Shown: one piece after another, positions 42,534 through 50,399 of the stretch | How positions within the stretch are numbered: the first letter of the stretch is position 1 | Layout of the letters: every line of letters begins with the position of its first letter | Source: Planctomycetota bacterium | GTDB lineage: Bacteria; Planctomycetota; UBA8742; UBA2392 | Direction: 5' to 3' | Length of the DNA: 64,000 nucleotides | NCBI GenBank assembly: GCA_022071975.1 | Contig: JAJVIO010000019.1 | Span: 64,570 to 128,569 of the forward strand | The notes under the pieces: generated by a model | The model's input: the letters and a program-made list of their open reading frames with translations, nothing else | Told to the model about the DNA's origin: nothing | Database searches by the model: none | Translations under genes and position numbers: made by a program

Positions 42534-45500
42534 CAGCGACTCCTCCCCGCGCCGGCCACGGCTTCAACCATTTCTTTGACCTTGCGCGCCAGCCGCTCGG
42601 CGGGGAGCTTTCCCAGCGCGGCAACCTGCTGCTTTGCCGCCCGCGTATCACCGTTTGCCTCCGCGGCCTGCAGCAGCAGCAGCCTGGCGGCGGCGGCATC
42701 TGTGGGGCGCTGCAGCAGCTCGGCCAGCCGCAATGCTTCCGTGGCGCGTGCCGCCGCATGCCCGGTGCGGGCCTGCCGCAGGTCCAGCGCGGCCATTTGA
42801 AGAAGCGCGTGCAGCAGGTGCTGCTTGGCGTCTACCTCGCGCAGCTGCGCGACGTCGCGCTCAAACTCGGATTGCGTGTCCTTCCCCGCAGCCTGGCGCG
42901 CGACATCCAGCATCACCGCGGCGCAAGGCGCCTCGCTGCCGCCGCGCAGCTTCTGGCCGATCTCAAGCAACTCCTCGGCCAGCGGCAGCGCGGCGTCGGT
43001 ATTGCCGCGTTCGAGCTCGAGCAACAGCCGGTGATCCAGCACCTGGAACTCGGAAACCCGGTCGCCGCGCGCCCGCGCCAGCGACTGCGCGCGTTCGAAC
43101 AGGCCGGCGGCTTCTTCCACTTTCCCCTCGTGCAGTCGCAGCATGCCGGCCGCGTGCAGCATGCCCGCGGATTCCACGCCGCTGCGGCGCGCCATGGCGT
43201 TGGCTTCCAGCAGCAGGGCCTCGGCCTGGCCGAGGTCGCGCTCGAGCATGGCGAGACAGCGGGCGGCCTCGGCCATGGCGAGCGCGCGCTGCTCGGGGCC
43301 GGCGTCGCGGCTGGCGACCTCGGCACGCATCATCTGGCGCTGGGCGTCGCCCCATTCGCCCCCCTCCCAGCGCAGCCAGGCGGCCATGTGGAATCCGAGC
43401 CGCGCGTGCTCAAGGCAGCCGAGGTCCAGGGCGTGCTCGGCCAGCTGCTGCAGCTCGACGGCGACCTGGCCCAGCTTCTCGGGCTTGCGGGCGCCCAGCT
43501 GTACCTCATGCAGTTCCAGCATCAGGCGGGTACGCTGTGGGTCATCGAGCTTTGCGGCGAAAGCCATGCCGCGGCGCGCGAATCCGTCGGCCTCGCTGCC
43601 CGCGAACAGGCGCAGGCAGCGGCGACCGGCCGCCACGCAGCTTTCGGCGGCCAGCTTGAACTCACCGGCCTGCGAGGCGTGGTGGGCGACGTCGGCGGCG
43701 ATGCGCCCGTCCGGGTCTTCGCGCGCCGCCAGCAGTTGCGCGACTTTCAGGTGCATCAAGCGGCGGCGCGGGCCGGACAGCTCGTCATAGATGGCGCGGC
43801 GGGTGATCTCGTGGGGGAATGCGAACGCGCCCAGCGGCGTGCGGGCGTCGGCCACGCTCTGCATCAGGGCGTGGCGCTCGAGCGTTTCCAGGGACTCGAC
43901 CAGCGGCTCGGGTTCAAGTTTCGCGAGTTCGCCCAGCAGCTCGGCGGGCGCGTAGCAGCCCACCACCGAGCCCCAGCGCAGCACATCGAGGGCGTTTGCC
44001 GGCAAGGTTTCCGTGCGCTCCCGGATCGCGTCGGTGATCGAAGCGGGCAGTGACTCACGGCCGCCCGCACCTCGCGCGAGCTCAAGCGCAAACAGCGGGT
44101 TGCCGCCGCTGTCCCGGATGATGGCGTCTACGTCCGCCCCGGGCGCGACCGCGCGGACAAGCCTGCCCGCTTCGGCCTCCGGCAGAGGCGACAGTTCACG
44201 CTCGGCCAGCAGCCCGTCGCGATTCAGCTGGCGCACGAGGCGCAGAGCGGCATCGTTGTCCGGCAACTCGCCGGGTCGGGTCGCAAGCAGCAGCAGCAGC
44301 GGACGGTGCCGGTTGGTACGCAGGGCGTAATGCAGCAGCTCTGCGCTGGCGGCATCCAGCCACTGCACGTCATCCAGCATCAGCACCACAGGCGGCGCTG
44401 AGTGCGCGCGGGCGGCAATCAGCTCGCTGATCGCTCCGTACAGCTGCTCCCGGCTGCCGGACTGTTGGCCGGCGGCGCCCAGAAGCGGCGCGAGCTCGCG
44501 TCCGAGCTGGGCGCCGATGGCGTGTTTCGAGACGCGGCCGAGGGCGTCGATCCAAGGGCCATAGGGGCGCTGCTGCTCGATTTCAAAGCAGCGCCCGGCC
44601 AGCACGGTGGCGCCGGACTTTGACAGCCGGTGGCCGATCTCGTCCATCAGCCTCGACTTGCCGATGCCGGGCGGCCCTGACAGCAACAGGCCGTGGGCGC
44701 GCCGCTTTTCGCGCGTCGATTCGGCAAGCAAGCTGATCTCCTGCAGTTCCGCGTCACGCCCGAACAGCGGGGCGCGGATTGCGGTGGCCGTGTCAGTGCG
44801 CCTGTCAGGCGTGACCGGCGCGGGCTGGACCGGCGCCTGCAACGCCTGAAGCAGCTCGGGCACTGGCTGTTCGCCCAGCTCACCCAGCAGCCGCCTGGCA
44901 GATTCGAACTGGGTTTGTGCCTCTCGTTGCCGGCCGGCCGCGACCAGCAACCGCACCAGTTGCGCCTGGGCCGACTGGTTGAGGGGATCAACCTGTGCCA
45001 GCCGCCGCGCGAGGTGCAAAGCGCTTTCCGGGTCGGATTTGCGCCGCACGCCCTCAGCCAGCAGGCGCGCGTGGGCGCGGCGGGCGGTTTCCCGCTGGCT
45101 GGAGACCCAGCTGTGGAAGTCAGTAAACTCGGTAAGTTCCAGACCTTCCAGGAATTCGCCGCGCACCTGGGCCAGCAGTTCTTCCAGCTCCGCGTCGGTA
45201 AGCTCCTCAGGCTTGGCTGCGCACAACTCAGTCAGGTCGATGCGCGCGCCCGAAGCCTCGAACGTCACTTCTTCCCGCGTGGCTTTGAGGCGCTCGACAT
45301 CGTCGTTCACCAGCGGGCGCAGCTTTGACAGGCACCAGCGCAGGGCGCCGCGCGGGTCGTCGGCCACGTCCCAGAACATGCCGCATAGACGATCGCGCCG
45401 CTGAGGTTTGGCCGTCACGGCCAGGTAGGCCAACAGTGCGCGGGTCTTCTTGGACTGCGGCAATTCAACGGGCAAGCCGTTGCGCAGCACGCGCACTTCG

Positions 45501-45535
45501 CCAAGTAGCCCGATTTGCAGTCCAGCGCCGCCCAT
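42533..45535 (-). CDS. SARP/AfsR-type regulator: OmpR-like wHTH + BTAD + P-loop (AAA/STAND) ATPase + TPR region
   Basis: ..LLGEVRVLRNGLPVELPQSKKTRALLAYLAV..RDRLCGMFW.. (wHTH), a BTAD helical segment, Walker A LLSGPPGIGKSRL, Walker B VVLMLDDVQW, and a long helical-repeat C-terminus. An alternative GTG start is at 45601. Confidence 0.75.
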   Translation of the reverse strand: MGGAGLQIGLLGEVRVLRNGLPVELPQSKKTRALLAYLAVTAKPQRRDRLCGMFWDVADDPRGALRWCLSKLRPLVNDDVERLKATREEVTFEASGARIDLTELCAAKPEELTDAELEELLAQVRGEFLEGLELTEFTDFHSWVSSQRETARRAHARLLAEGVRRKSDPESALHLARRLAQVDPLNQSAQAQLVRLLVAAGRQREAQTQFESARRLLGELGEQPVPELLQALQAPVQPAPVTPDRRTDTATAIRAPLFGRDAELQEISLLAESTREKRRAHGLLLSGPPGIGKSRLMDEIGHRLSKSGATVLAGRCFEIEQQRPYGPWIDALGRVSKHAIGAQLGRELAPLLGAAGQQSGSREQLYGAISELIAARAHSAPPVVLMLDDVQWLDAASAELLHYALRTNRHRPLLLLLATRPGELPDNDAALRLVRQLNRDGLLAERELSPLPEAEAGRLVRAVAPGADVDAIIRDSGGNPLFALELARGAGGRESLPASITDAIRERTETLPANALDVLRWGSVVGCYAPAELLGELAKLEPEPLVESLETLERHALMQSVADARTPLGAFAFPHEITRRAIYDELSGPRRRLMHLKVAQLLAAREDPDGRIAADVAHHASQAGEFKLAAESCVAAGRRCLRLFAGSEADGFARRGMAFAAKLDDPQRTRLMLELHEVQLGARKPEKLGQVAVELQQLAEHALDLGCLEHARLGFHMAAWLRWEGGEWGDAQRQMMRAEVASRDAGPEQRALAMAEAARCLAMLERDLGQAEALLLEANAMARRSGVESAGMLHAAGMLRLHEGKVEEAAGLFERAQSLARARGDRVSEFQVLDHRLLLELERGNTDAALPLAEELLEIGQKLRGGSEAPCAAVMLDVARQAAGKDTQSEFERDVAQLREVDAKQHLLHALLQMAALDLRQARTGHAAARATEALRLAELLQRPTDAAAARLLLLQAAEANGDTRAAKQQVAALGKLPAERLARKVKEMVEAVAGAGRSR

Positions 45536-45691
45536 CGCGTCCAATTTCACTGTTTTCACACGAATCGGGGCCAAAAACTTTCGGAATTCTTGTCTTACCA
45601 CGTTGGCTCAAACGCTTCTTCATACGGTCGCACCCTACTTTTCTCCCGTGGGCGGATGGGCCGCCCGAGCAAAAGACACGGGAGAAACACA

Positions 45692-46609
45692 ATGACAACC
45701 GCAACGAAGTTCAGCTTCGAAGACGCCCTGGCCGCCTCGCAGAAGGTCAACTGGAAGATTGAAGACATCATCGGCGGCAACAGGCGCCTCGACTTCAGCC
45801 GCTCGTTCCTGCCCGAAGGCCTGGCGCGCACGGAAGAGCTGGCGTTCCTGGATGCCGACGAGCGCCGGGTGCTGAGCCAGATCCGCGGCCACGCCTACCT
45901 CAACATCTTCGGCCTGGTCGAGGAGTTCATCCTTCCCTTCGTGCTTGACCACGCGCGTCCCAGCCTGGCCGGCGACGACTACCGCACACGCGCCCTGCTG
46001 CAGTTCGCCGGCGAAGAGGCCAAGCACATCCACCTGTTCAAGACCTTCGCCGAGGAGTTCCGCAAGGGCTTCGGCCACGAGTGCCAGATGATCGGCCCGC
46101 CCCAGGCCATCGCCCGCGAGGTACTGAGCCACCATCCGCTCGGCGTCGCGCTGGTGATCCTGCACATCGAGTGGATGACCCAGCGGCACTTCATCGAGGC
46201 CATTACCGGCGACCTCGAGATCGACCCGCAGTTCAAGAGCCTGCTGCGCCATCACTGGATGGAGGAGGCCCAGCACGCGAAGCTCGACACGCTCATGGTG
46301 GAAGCCATCGCCGACTCCTGCACGCCAGGCGAGATCGAGCACGGCGTGGACGAGTACCTGGCGATCGGCGGCTTCATTGACGAAGGCCTCAAGGCCCAGA
46401 CCCGGTTCGACCTGGAAGCCTTCGAGCGCGCCACCGGACGCGTACTCAATGTGGAGGAGCGCGAAGAGTTCCTGCGCGTGCAGCACCAGGCCAACCGCTG
46501 GACCTACCTCGGGACCGGCATGTCGCACCCCGAGTTCCTGAAAACCGTGGGCTCGCTCAGCGACGTGCAGCGCGCCCGCCTTGAACAAGTCGCGCCGGCG
46601 TTCTGCTAG
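45692..46609 (+). CDS. Ferritin-like diiron oxygenase (AurF/PF11583-like)
   Basis: Paired E..H motifs: ..FAGEEAKHIHLF.., ..HIEWMTQRHF.., ..HHWMEEAQHAKLD... 305 aa. Start ATG 45692 follows GGGAGAAAC. Confidence 0.55.
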   Translation: MTTATKFSFEDALAASQKVNWKIEDIIGGNRRLDFSRSFLPEGLARTEELAFLDADERRVLSQIRGHAYLNIFGLVEEFILPFVLDHARPSLAGDDYRTRALLQFAGEEAKHIHLFKTFAEEFRKGFGHECQMIGPPQAIAREVLSHHPLGVALVILHIEWMTQRHFIEAITGDLEIDPQFKSLLRHHWMEEAQHAKLDTLMVEAIADSCTPGEIEHGVDEYLAIGGFIDEGLKAQTRFDLEAFERATGRVLNVEEREEFLRVQHQANRWTYLGTGMSHPEFLKTVGSLSDVQRARLEQVAPAFC

Positions 46610-46616
46610 CGCCTGA

Positions 46617-46642
46617 GGGGCCCCGCCGTGGGGCGGGGCCCC
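46617..46642 (+). repeat. Perfect 11-bp GC-only hairpin (GGGGCCCCGCC-gtgg-GGCGGGGCCCC) in the intercistronic spacer
   Basis: Read directly. No U-tract follows. Confidence 0.7.
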
Positions 46643-46662
46643 GCACTTCCCCGGAGACTGCC

Positions 46663-47046
46663 ATGTCCAACGTGTTCGCACCGCCCGTTGACCTGCGCCC
46701 CGACGCCGAAATCCTGGCCGCGCTGGTGGATGAAACCTACACGGAGTTGGCCCGTGCCCCATACGCGGGTTTCCACTTCAACACGGGCGCGAGCTACGCC
46801 CTGGAGCGGCTGGGCTACGACGCCGGCGAGTTGCTGGCGCTGCCCGTGGAAAGCACCTCGCGCTTCGCCGGCCTGGGCAACCCGCTGGCAGAAGCCTATC
46901 TGCAGCCCGGCGAAGTGCTGCCCGATTCCGTCTGCGGCGCGCGGGCGGTCCGCCGCTTCGATTCGTTCTCCGGCACGGTTTCCGGCCGGCGCATTCCCCG
47001 CAAGTACAACCTGCACGCGGCCAACATCGTGGCCTGGCGCGCCTGA
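46663..47046 (+). CDS. Truncated paralogue of the downstream methyltransferase (N-terminal ~90 aa only)
   Basis: Aligns with 47060..: V.ETYT..A..P...FHF..G..YA...LGYD..EL..LP...T.RFAGLGNPLA......PGE. Similarity is lost at the SAM GxGxG motif (..PDSVCGARAV..). Confidence 0.45.
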   Translation: MSNVFAPPVDLRPDAEILAALVDETYTELARAPYAGFHFNTGASYALERLGYDAGELLALPVESTSRFAGLGNPLAEAYLQPGEVLPDSVCGARAVRRFDSFSGTVSGRRIPRKYNLHAANIVAWRA

Positions 47047-47059
47047 CCTGGAGAGAGCC

Positions 47060-47845
47060 ATGAACGAAGCATGCATCGTCACCCCCAACCGCGACTACCT
47101 GAAGAACATCGTGCGCGAGACTTACACGGCCGTCGCGGACGACCCTGCCACTGAGTTCCACTTTCATGTCGGGCTGGAGTACGCCGTGCGGCTGCTCGGT
47201 TACGACCGCGCCGAGCTGGAGTCACTGCCGGAGATCGCCACCTTGCGCTTTGCCGGGCTTGGCAACCCGCTGGCGATCGGGCCGATCCACCCGGGCGAAA
47301 CCGTGGTGGACCTGGGCAGCGGCGCGGGCACGGACCTGCTGCTGGCCGCGCGACGCGTGGGCCGGCTCGGACGCGTCATCGGTGTCGACCCGACGCCCGC
47401 CATGCGGAGCACCGCCTGGCAGGCCGCGTGCGAAGCCGGCCTCGCGGAGCAGGTCTGGATGCTGGAGGGCGAGGTGGAGTCGATCCCGCTGACGGACGGC
47501 GTCGCCGACGTGGTGATCAGCAACGGCGTGTTGAACCTGGGCGTGGACAAGGCCCGGGTGTTCCGCGAGATCGCCCGCGTACTGAAGCCCGGCGGGCGCG
47601 CCTACCTGGCCGACGCCGTGATCGACCGCCCATTCGGCCCCGCCACGCTGAGCGACCCGGCCCTGTGGGCTTCCTGAGTGGCAGGCGCTCTGCCGGTGGC
47701 AGAGCTGCACAGCCTGATGGAACAGGCCGGGCTGAAAGACGCGCGGGTCACCGCCGAGTTCAAGAGTTTCCAGGGCACCAGCTCCGAGCTACAGGTGGCC
47801 CCGCACATGAGGCTGCGCGCCGCCAACTTCACGGCGCGCAGGTAG
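47060..47845 (+). CDS. ArsM-like SAM-dependent methyltransferase with in-frame TGA (47675-47677) at the conserved C-terminal Cys position; candidate selenoprotein, or a truncated gene ending at 47677
   Basis: ..VVDLGSGAGTDLL.. (SAM motif I), ..DVVISNGVLNL.., ..LKPGGRAYLAD.., then ..DPALWAS[TGA]VAGALPVAELHSLMEQAGLKDARV.., which matches the ArsM/AS3MT ..LW/Y-x-x-C-x-x-GA.. block. The frame stays open to TAG 47843-47845. Confidence 0.6.
47681..47708 (+). promoter_or_regulatory. Candidate bacterial SECIS stem-loop
   Basis: GCA-ggc-GCTCTGCC-GGU-GGCAGAGC-UGC: an 8-bp upper stem, a 3-bp lower stem, and apical loop GGU starting 18 nt after the UGA. Confidence 0.45.
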
Positions 47846-47859
47846 CGTGGCGCACCGGG

Positions 47860-47890
47860 CAGGGACAGGCACCCGTCGTGCCTGTCCCTG
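47860..47890. terminator. Bidirectional terminator hairpin between convergent genes
   Basis: Perfect 13-bp stem CAGGGACAGGCAC-ccgtc-GTGCCTGTCCCTG. Confidence 0.6.
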
Positions 47891-47901
47891 ACGGCAGCGG
47901 A

Positions 47902-48897
47902 CTAAGCCATAGGCGCGTTGTTCAGCAGGCTCAATTCGGTGTTAAGCGCGCCGATGTGGTAGTGGATGTCGCTGATCCCGAAACCGGGTAGCCTTGCCAC
48001 GTGGGTGTCCACGTAGGTGCGCGCCTGGGCCGCCGTTTCGAACAGGTACACGCCGGAGGCACGACCGGCGTCACGGTCTTCACTCCAGAACTTCCAGCGC
48101 AGGCCCGGCAACTCGTTCAGGCTTTCGGCCAGCATGCGGTAGGTCGCGGTCATCTCGCGCCCCCAGGGTCCCGGGTAGGCGAAGTCGATCTGCAGCAGGG
48201 CGGGGGCGCAGCAGTCCGGGTCCACGCCCAGGGCCTTGGCCAGCGCCAGCCATTGGGCGGGCGGCAGTGCGCGGTGGGCCGCATGCAGCAGCTGCTCATA
48301 CAACGGGCGCGGCAGCTTGGCGCTTGCCCCGCGAAGCAGGGCCTCGCGCTCGGCGGCCGTGGCGGCGGGCAGAATCTCGGCCACGAAGGCTACCAGTACA
48401 TCCGGTTTCAGGCCGGCCATCACGCGGCCTTCCATGGCGCGCAGTTCGGCGTCGCTGAAGTGCTCGTGGAACAGGGGCAGCAATCGCTCTTCCTCGCGCG
48501 CCATGTGGTCGAGTTGATCGGCCATGAAGTAACCGAACTCGAGGTACAGGCGCCGGCCCGGTTCGTCGCGCTCAGGGGCGCAGGTGACCTCTTCGGCCAG
48601 CTGCCGCAGTCCGCGGGTGGCTGCGGCCAGGCCGGCGTGCTCCTGCCCAAAAGTGCCCAAAACTTCGGGCCGTGCCTGCGTCAGCGCGGCGTGGGTGGTG
48701 GTCTCCTCGGCGGCTGCGTGGGCATCGCTGAGCTGCAGCACGCTTTCCAGCCCGGCCAAAGCGGCGCGGGCGGACTTGGCGTCCTGCCATTCGGCAGCGC
48801 CCAGGGTTGCCAGCACGCGGCCGAAGGCGCGGCGCAGTGCCTTGTGGGGCAGGTTGTAGATGTCAACTCGGGTCGGGGTCAGCATGGCGGTGGTCAT
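47902..48897 (-). CDS. Hemerythrin-like domain fused to a YdhR-type (ABM-fold) putative monooxygenase domain
   Basis: The N-terminal half has His/Glu-rich helices (..LPHKALRRAF.., ..DQLDHMAREEERLLPLFHEHF..). The C-terminal ..LLQIDFAYPGPWGREM..LNELPGLRWKFWSEDRDAGRASGVYLFETAAQARTYV.. parallels E. coli YdhR. RBS AGGAG precedes ATG 48897. Confidence 0.65.
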   Translation of the reverse strand: MTTAMLTPTRVDIYNLPHKALRRAFGRVLATLGAAEWQDAKSARAALAGLESVLQLSDAHAAAEETTTHAALTQARPEVLGTFGQEHAGLAAATRGLRQLAEEVTCAPERDEPGRRLYLEFGYFMADQLDHMAREEERLLPLFHEHFSDAELRAMEGRVMAGLKPDVLVAFVAEILPAATAAEREALLRGASAKLPRPLYEQLLHAAHRALPPAQWLALAKALGVDPDCCAPALLQIDFAYPGPWGREMTATYRMLAESLNELPGLRWKFWSEDRDAGRASGVYLFETAAQARTYVDTHVARLPGFGISDIHYHIGALNTELSLLNNAPMA

Positions 48898-48964
48898 TGT
48901 CGTCTCCTGTTCAGGGGCGCTACCCGCGCCCGTGTGCAGAAAAGTAGCGCGTCTGTTATCATGC

Positions 48965-48983
48965 TTCCAATTCATGTATGGAA
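48965..48983. promoter_or_regulatory. Candidate LysR-type box TTCCA-N9-TGGAA
   Basis: 5-bp inverted repeat with a 9-bp AT-rich spacer in the 93-bp divergent region, 8 nt upstream of the lysR ATG. Confidence 0.3.
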
Positions 48984-48990
48984 TGGTCCC

Positions 48991-49926
48991 ATGCAGCATG
49001 TGAATATTGAATCCGCCAACCTGAACCTGATGGTGGTGCTGGACGCACTGCTTGAATCCCGCAGCGTCACCCGCGCCGCCGAGCACCTGGGGCTCACCCA
49101 GCCGGCCGTCAGCCACGCCTTGGCGCGTCTGCGCGAACTGCTGCGTGACCCTTTGCTGGTCCGCGGGCGCGGCGGGCTGGTGCCGACGCCGCGCGCGCAG
49201 GCGCTGGCCGCGCCGTTGCGCCAGGGGTTGAACCAGCTCGAGCAGGTGCTGCGGCACGAGGGGGGCTTCGACCCCGCCAGCAGCGCGCGCCGCTTCAGCA
49301 TCGCCACCGTGGACTACCCGCACCTGACCGGCCTGCGCAGCCTGCTGGCCCGCCTGCAGCGCGAGGCGCCGGGCGTCAGCGTGGAAAGCCAGATGATCGG
49401 CCCGCGCCTGGCGGAGCAGCTGGAAAGCGGCGAGCTGGATGTCGCCCTGGCGGGCGTGGAAGTCGAGGCGATTCTGGCGTCAACTCCGGGCATGCAGTCG
49501 CGGCTGATCGTCAGCGAAGACCTGATGTGTATTGCGCGCAAAGACAATCCGCTGCTGCGGCGCGGCCTTGACCTGGAGACCTACCTGCGACTCGGCCACG
49601 TTACAGTGATGGCGGAAGGCGGTGCTTGCGACCAGCACGTGGATCTCAGTCTGCGGCGCATGAAGAAGTCGCGCCGCATTGCCGCCGCGGTGCCGCATTT
49701 CATCGCCGCGCCTTTGTTGGTGGCAGAAAGCGACTACATCAGCACCCTGCCGCGCGCACTGGTGGAGTACGTCTGCACGTTGTTGCCGCTGAAGATGCAC
49801 ACGCCACCGCTCAAGCTGCCGCGGGGAGAAGCGTACTTGTGGTGGCACGCGCGCTTTGACAACGATCCTGCGCACAGATGGTGGCGCGAACAACTGATGC
49901 AAGCATTCTCCCCATACAGGGGATGA
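48991..49926 (+). CDS. LysR-family transcriptional regulator
   Basis: ..LNLMVVLDALLESRSVTRAAEHLGLTQPAVSHALARLRE.. is the HTH, followed by a substrate-binding domain. 311 aa. Confidence 0.85.
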   Translation: MQHVNIESANLNLMVVLDALLESRSVTRAAEHLGLTQPAVSHALARLRELLRDPLLVRGRGGLVPTPRAQALAAPLRQGLNQLEQVLRHEGGFDPASSARRFSIATVDYPHLTGLRSLLARLQREAPGVSVESQMIGPRLAEQLESGELDVALAGVEVEAILASTPGMQSRLIVSEDLMCIARKDNPLLRRGLDLETYLRLGHVTVMAEGGACDQHVDLSLRRMKKSRRIAAAVPHFIAAPLLVAESDYISTLPRALVEYVCTLLPLKMHTPPLKLPRGEAYLWWHARFDNDPAHRWWREQLMQAFSPYRG

Positions 49927-49968
49927 ACGAAACAATTCCCGTGCTTAACTCGCTGAAACTCCAGAACG

Positions 49969-50277
49969 CTAACGCGAGCGTCGGGGCGCGAGGCGCAGGA
50001 TCTGCTGAAGGCGCGCCACAGGCTCGGCAGCAGGCGGTTCAGGCTGCTGCTTGAGCTGGCTGCTGAGCCAGCCGGAGGCGTAGTCGGCCATTTTCTTCGC
50101 CACAGCGTCACTGGAAAGCGGGCGAAATACCGCCGTGCTGACGGGAGAGTCCGGGTCGCCGCCCATTTCTTCGGGTGTTTCGTACCAGACGTGGCCCATG
50201 TTCATCAGGGTCGGGCATTCGGGCATGCCGAACTCTTTCACCAGCTTCTGGTACAGTTGGACGGCCTCATTGGACAT
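49969..50277 (-). CDS. Small hypothetical protein
   Basis: 102 aa from ATG 50277 (MSNEAVQLYQKLVKEFGMPECP..). The upstream part of the tracked ORF looks non-coding (it translates a repeat). Confidence 0.4.
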   Translation of the reverse strand: MSNEAVQLYQKLVKEFGMPECPTLMNMGHVWYETPEEMGGDPDSPVSTAVFRPLSSDAVAKKMADYASGWLSSQLKQQPEPPAAEPVARLQQILRLAPRRSR

Positions 50278-50399
50278 GGTTCTGATGGTAAGCAGGAAGG
50301 CCCCTTCCCGCCAGCGTGAATGGCGGGCGGAAAAAAAACTGCTCCGGGCGGGAACCGGGGGCGTAAAGGGCGGGTCTCTTTCACGGACATGGATCACGG

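Noticed and set aside
42533-45535. The large P-loop/TPR protein as an antiviral STAND (Avs-like) defence NTPase.
   Set aside because: Its N-terminus is a typical OmpR-type wHTH plus BTAD transcriptional-activator module, and there is no nuclease, protease or TIR effector domain. It is better explained as an AfsR/SARP-family regulator.
48001-48990. The first 330 codons of tracked ORF 48001..49926, and likewise 53874..54317 of ORF 53874..55844, 33722..33925, 46628..47059, and 23219..24349 of ORF 22973..24349.
   Set aside because: These are read-through extensions upstream of the real starts. They are antisense to other genes or translate repeat elements. The recognisable protein begins at the internal ATG in each case.
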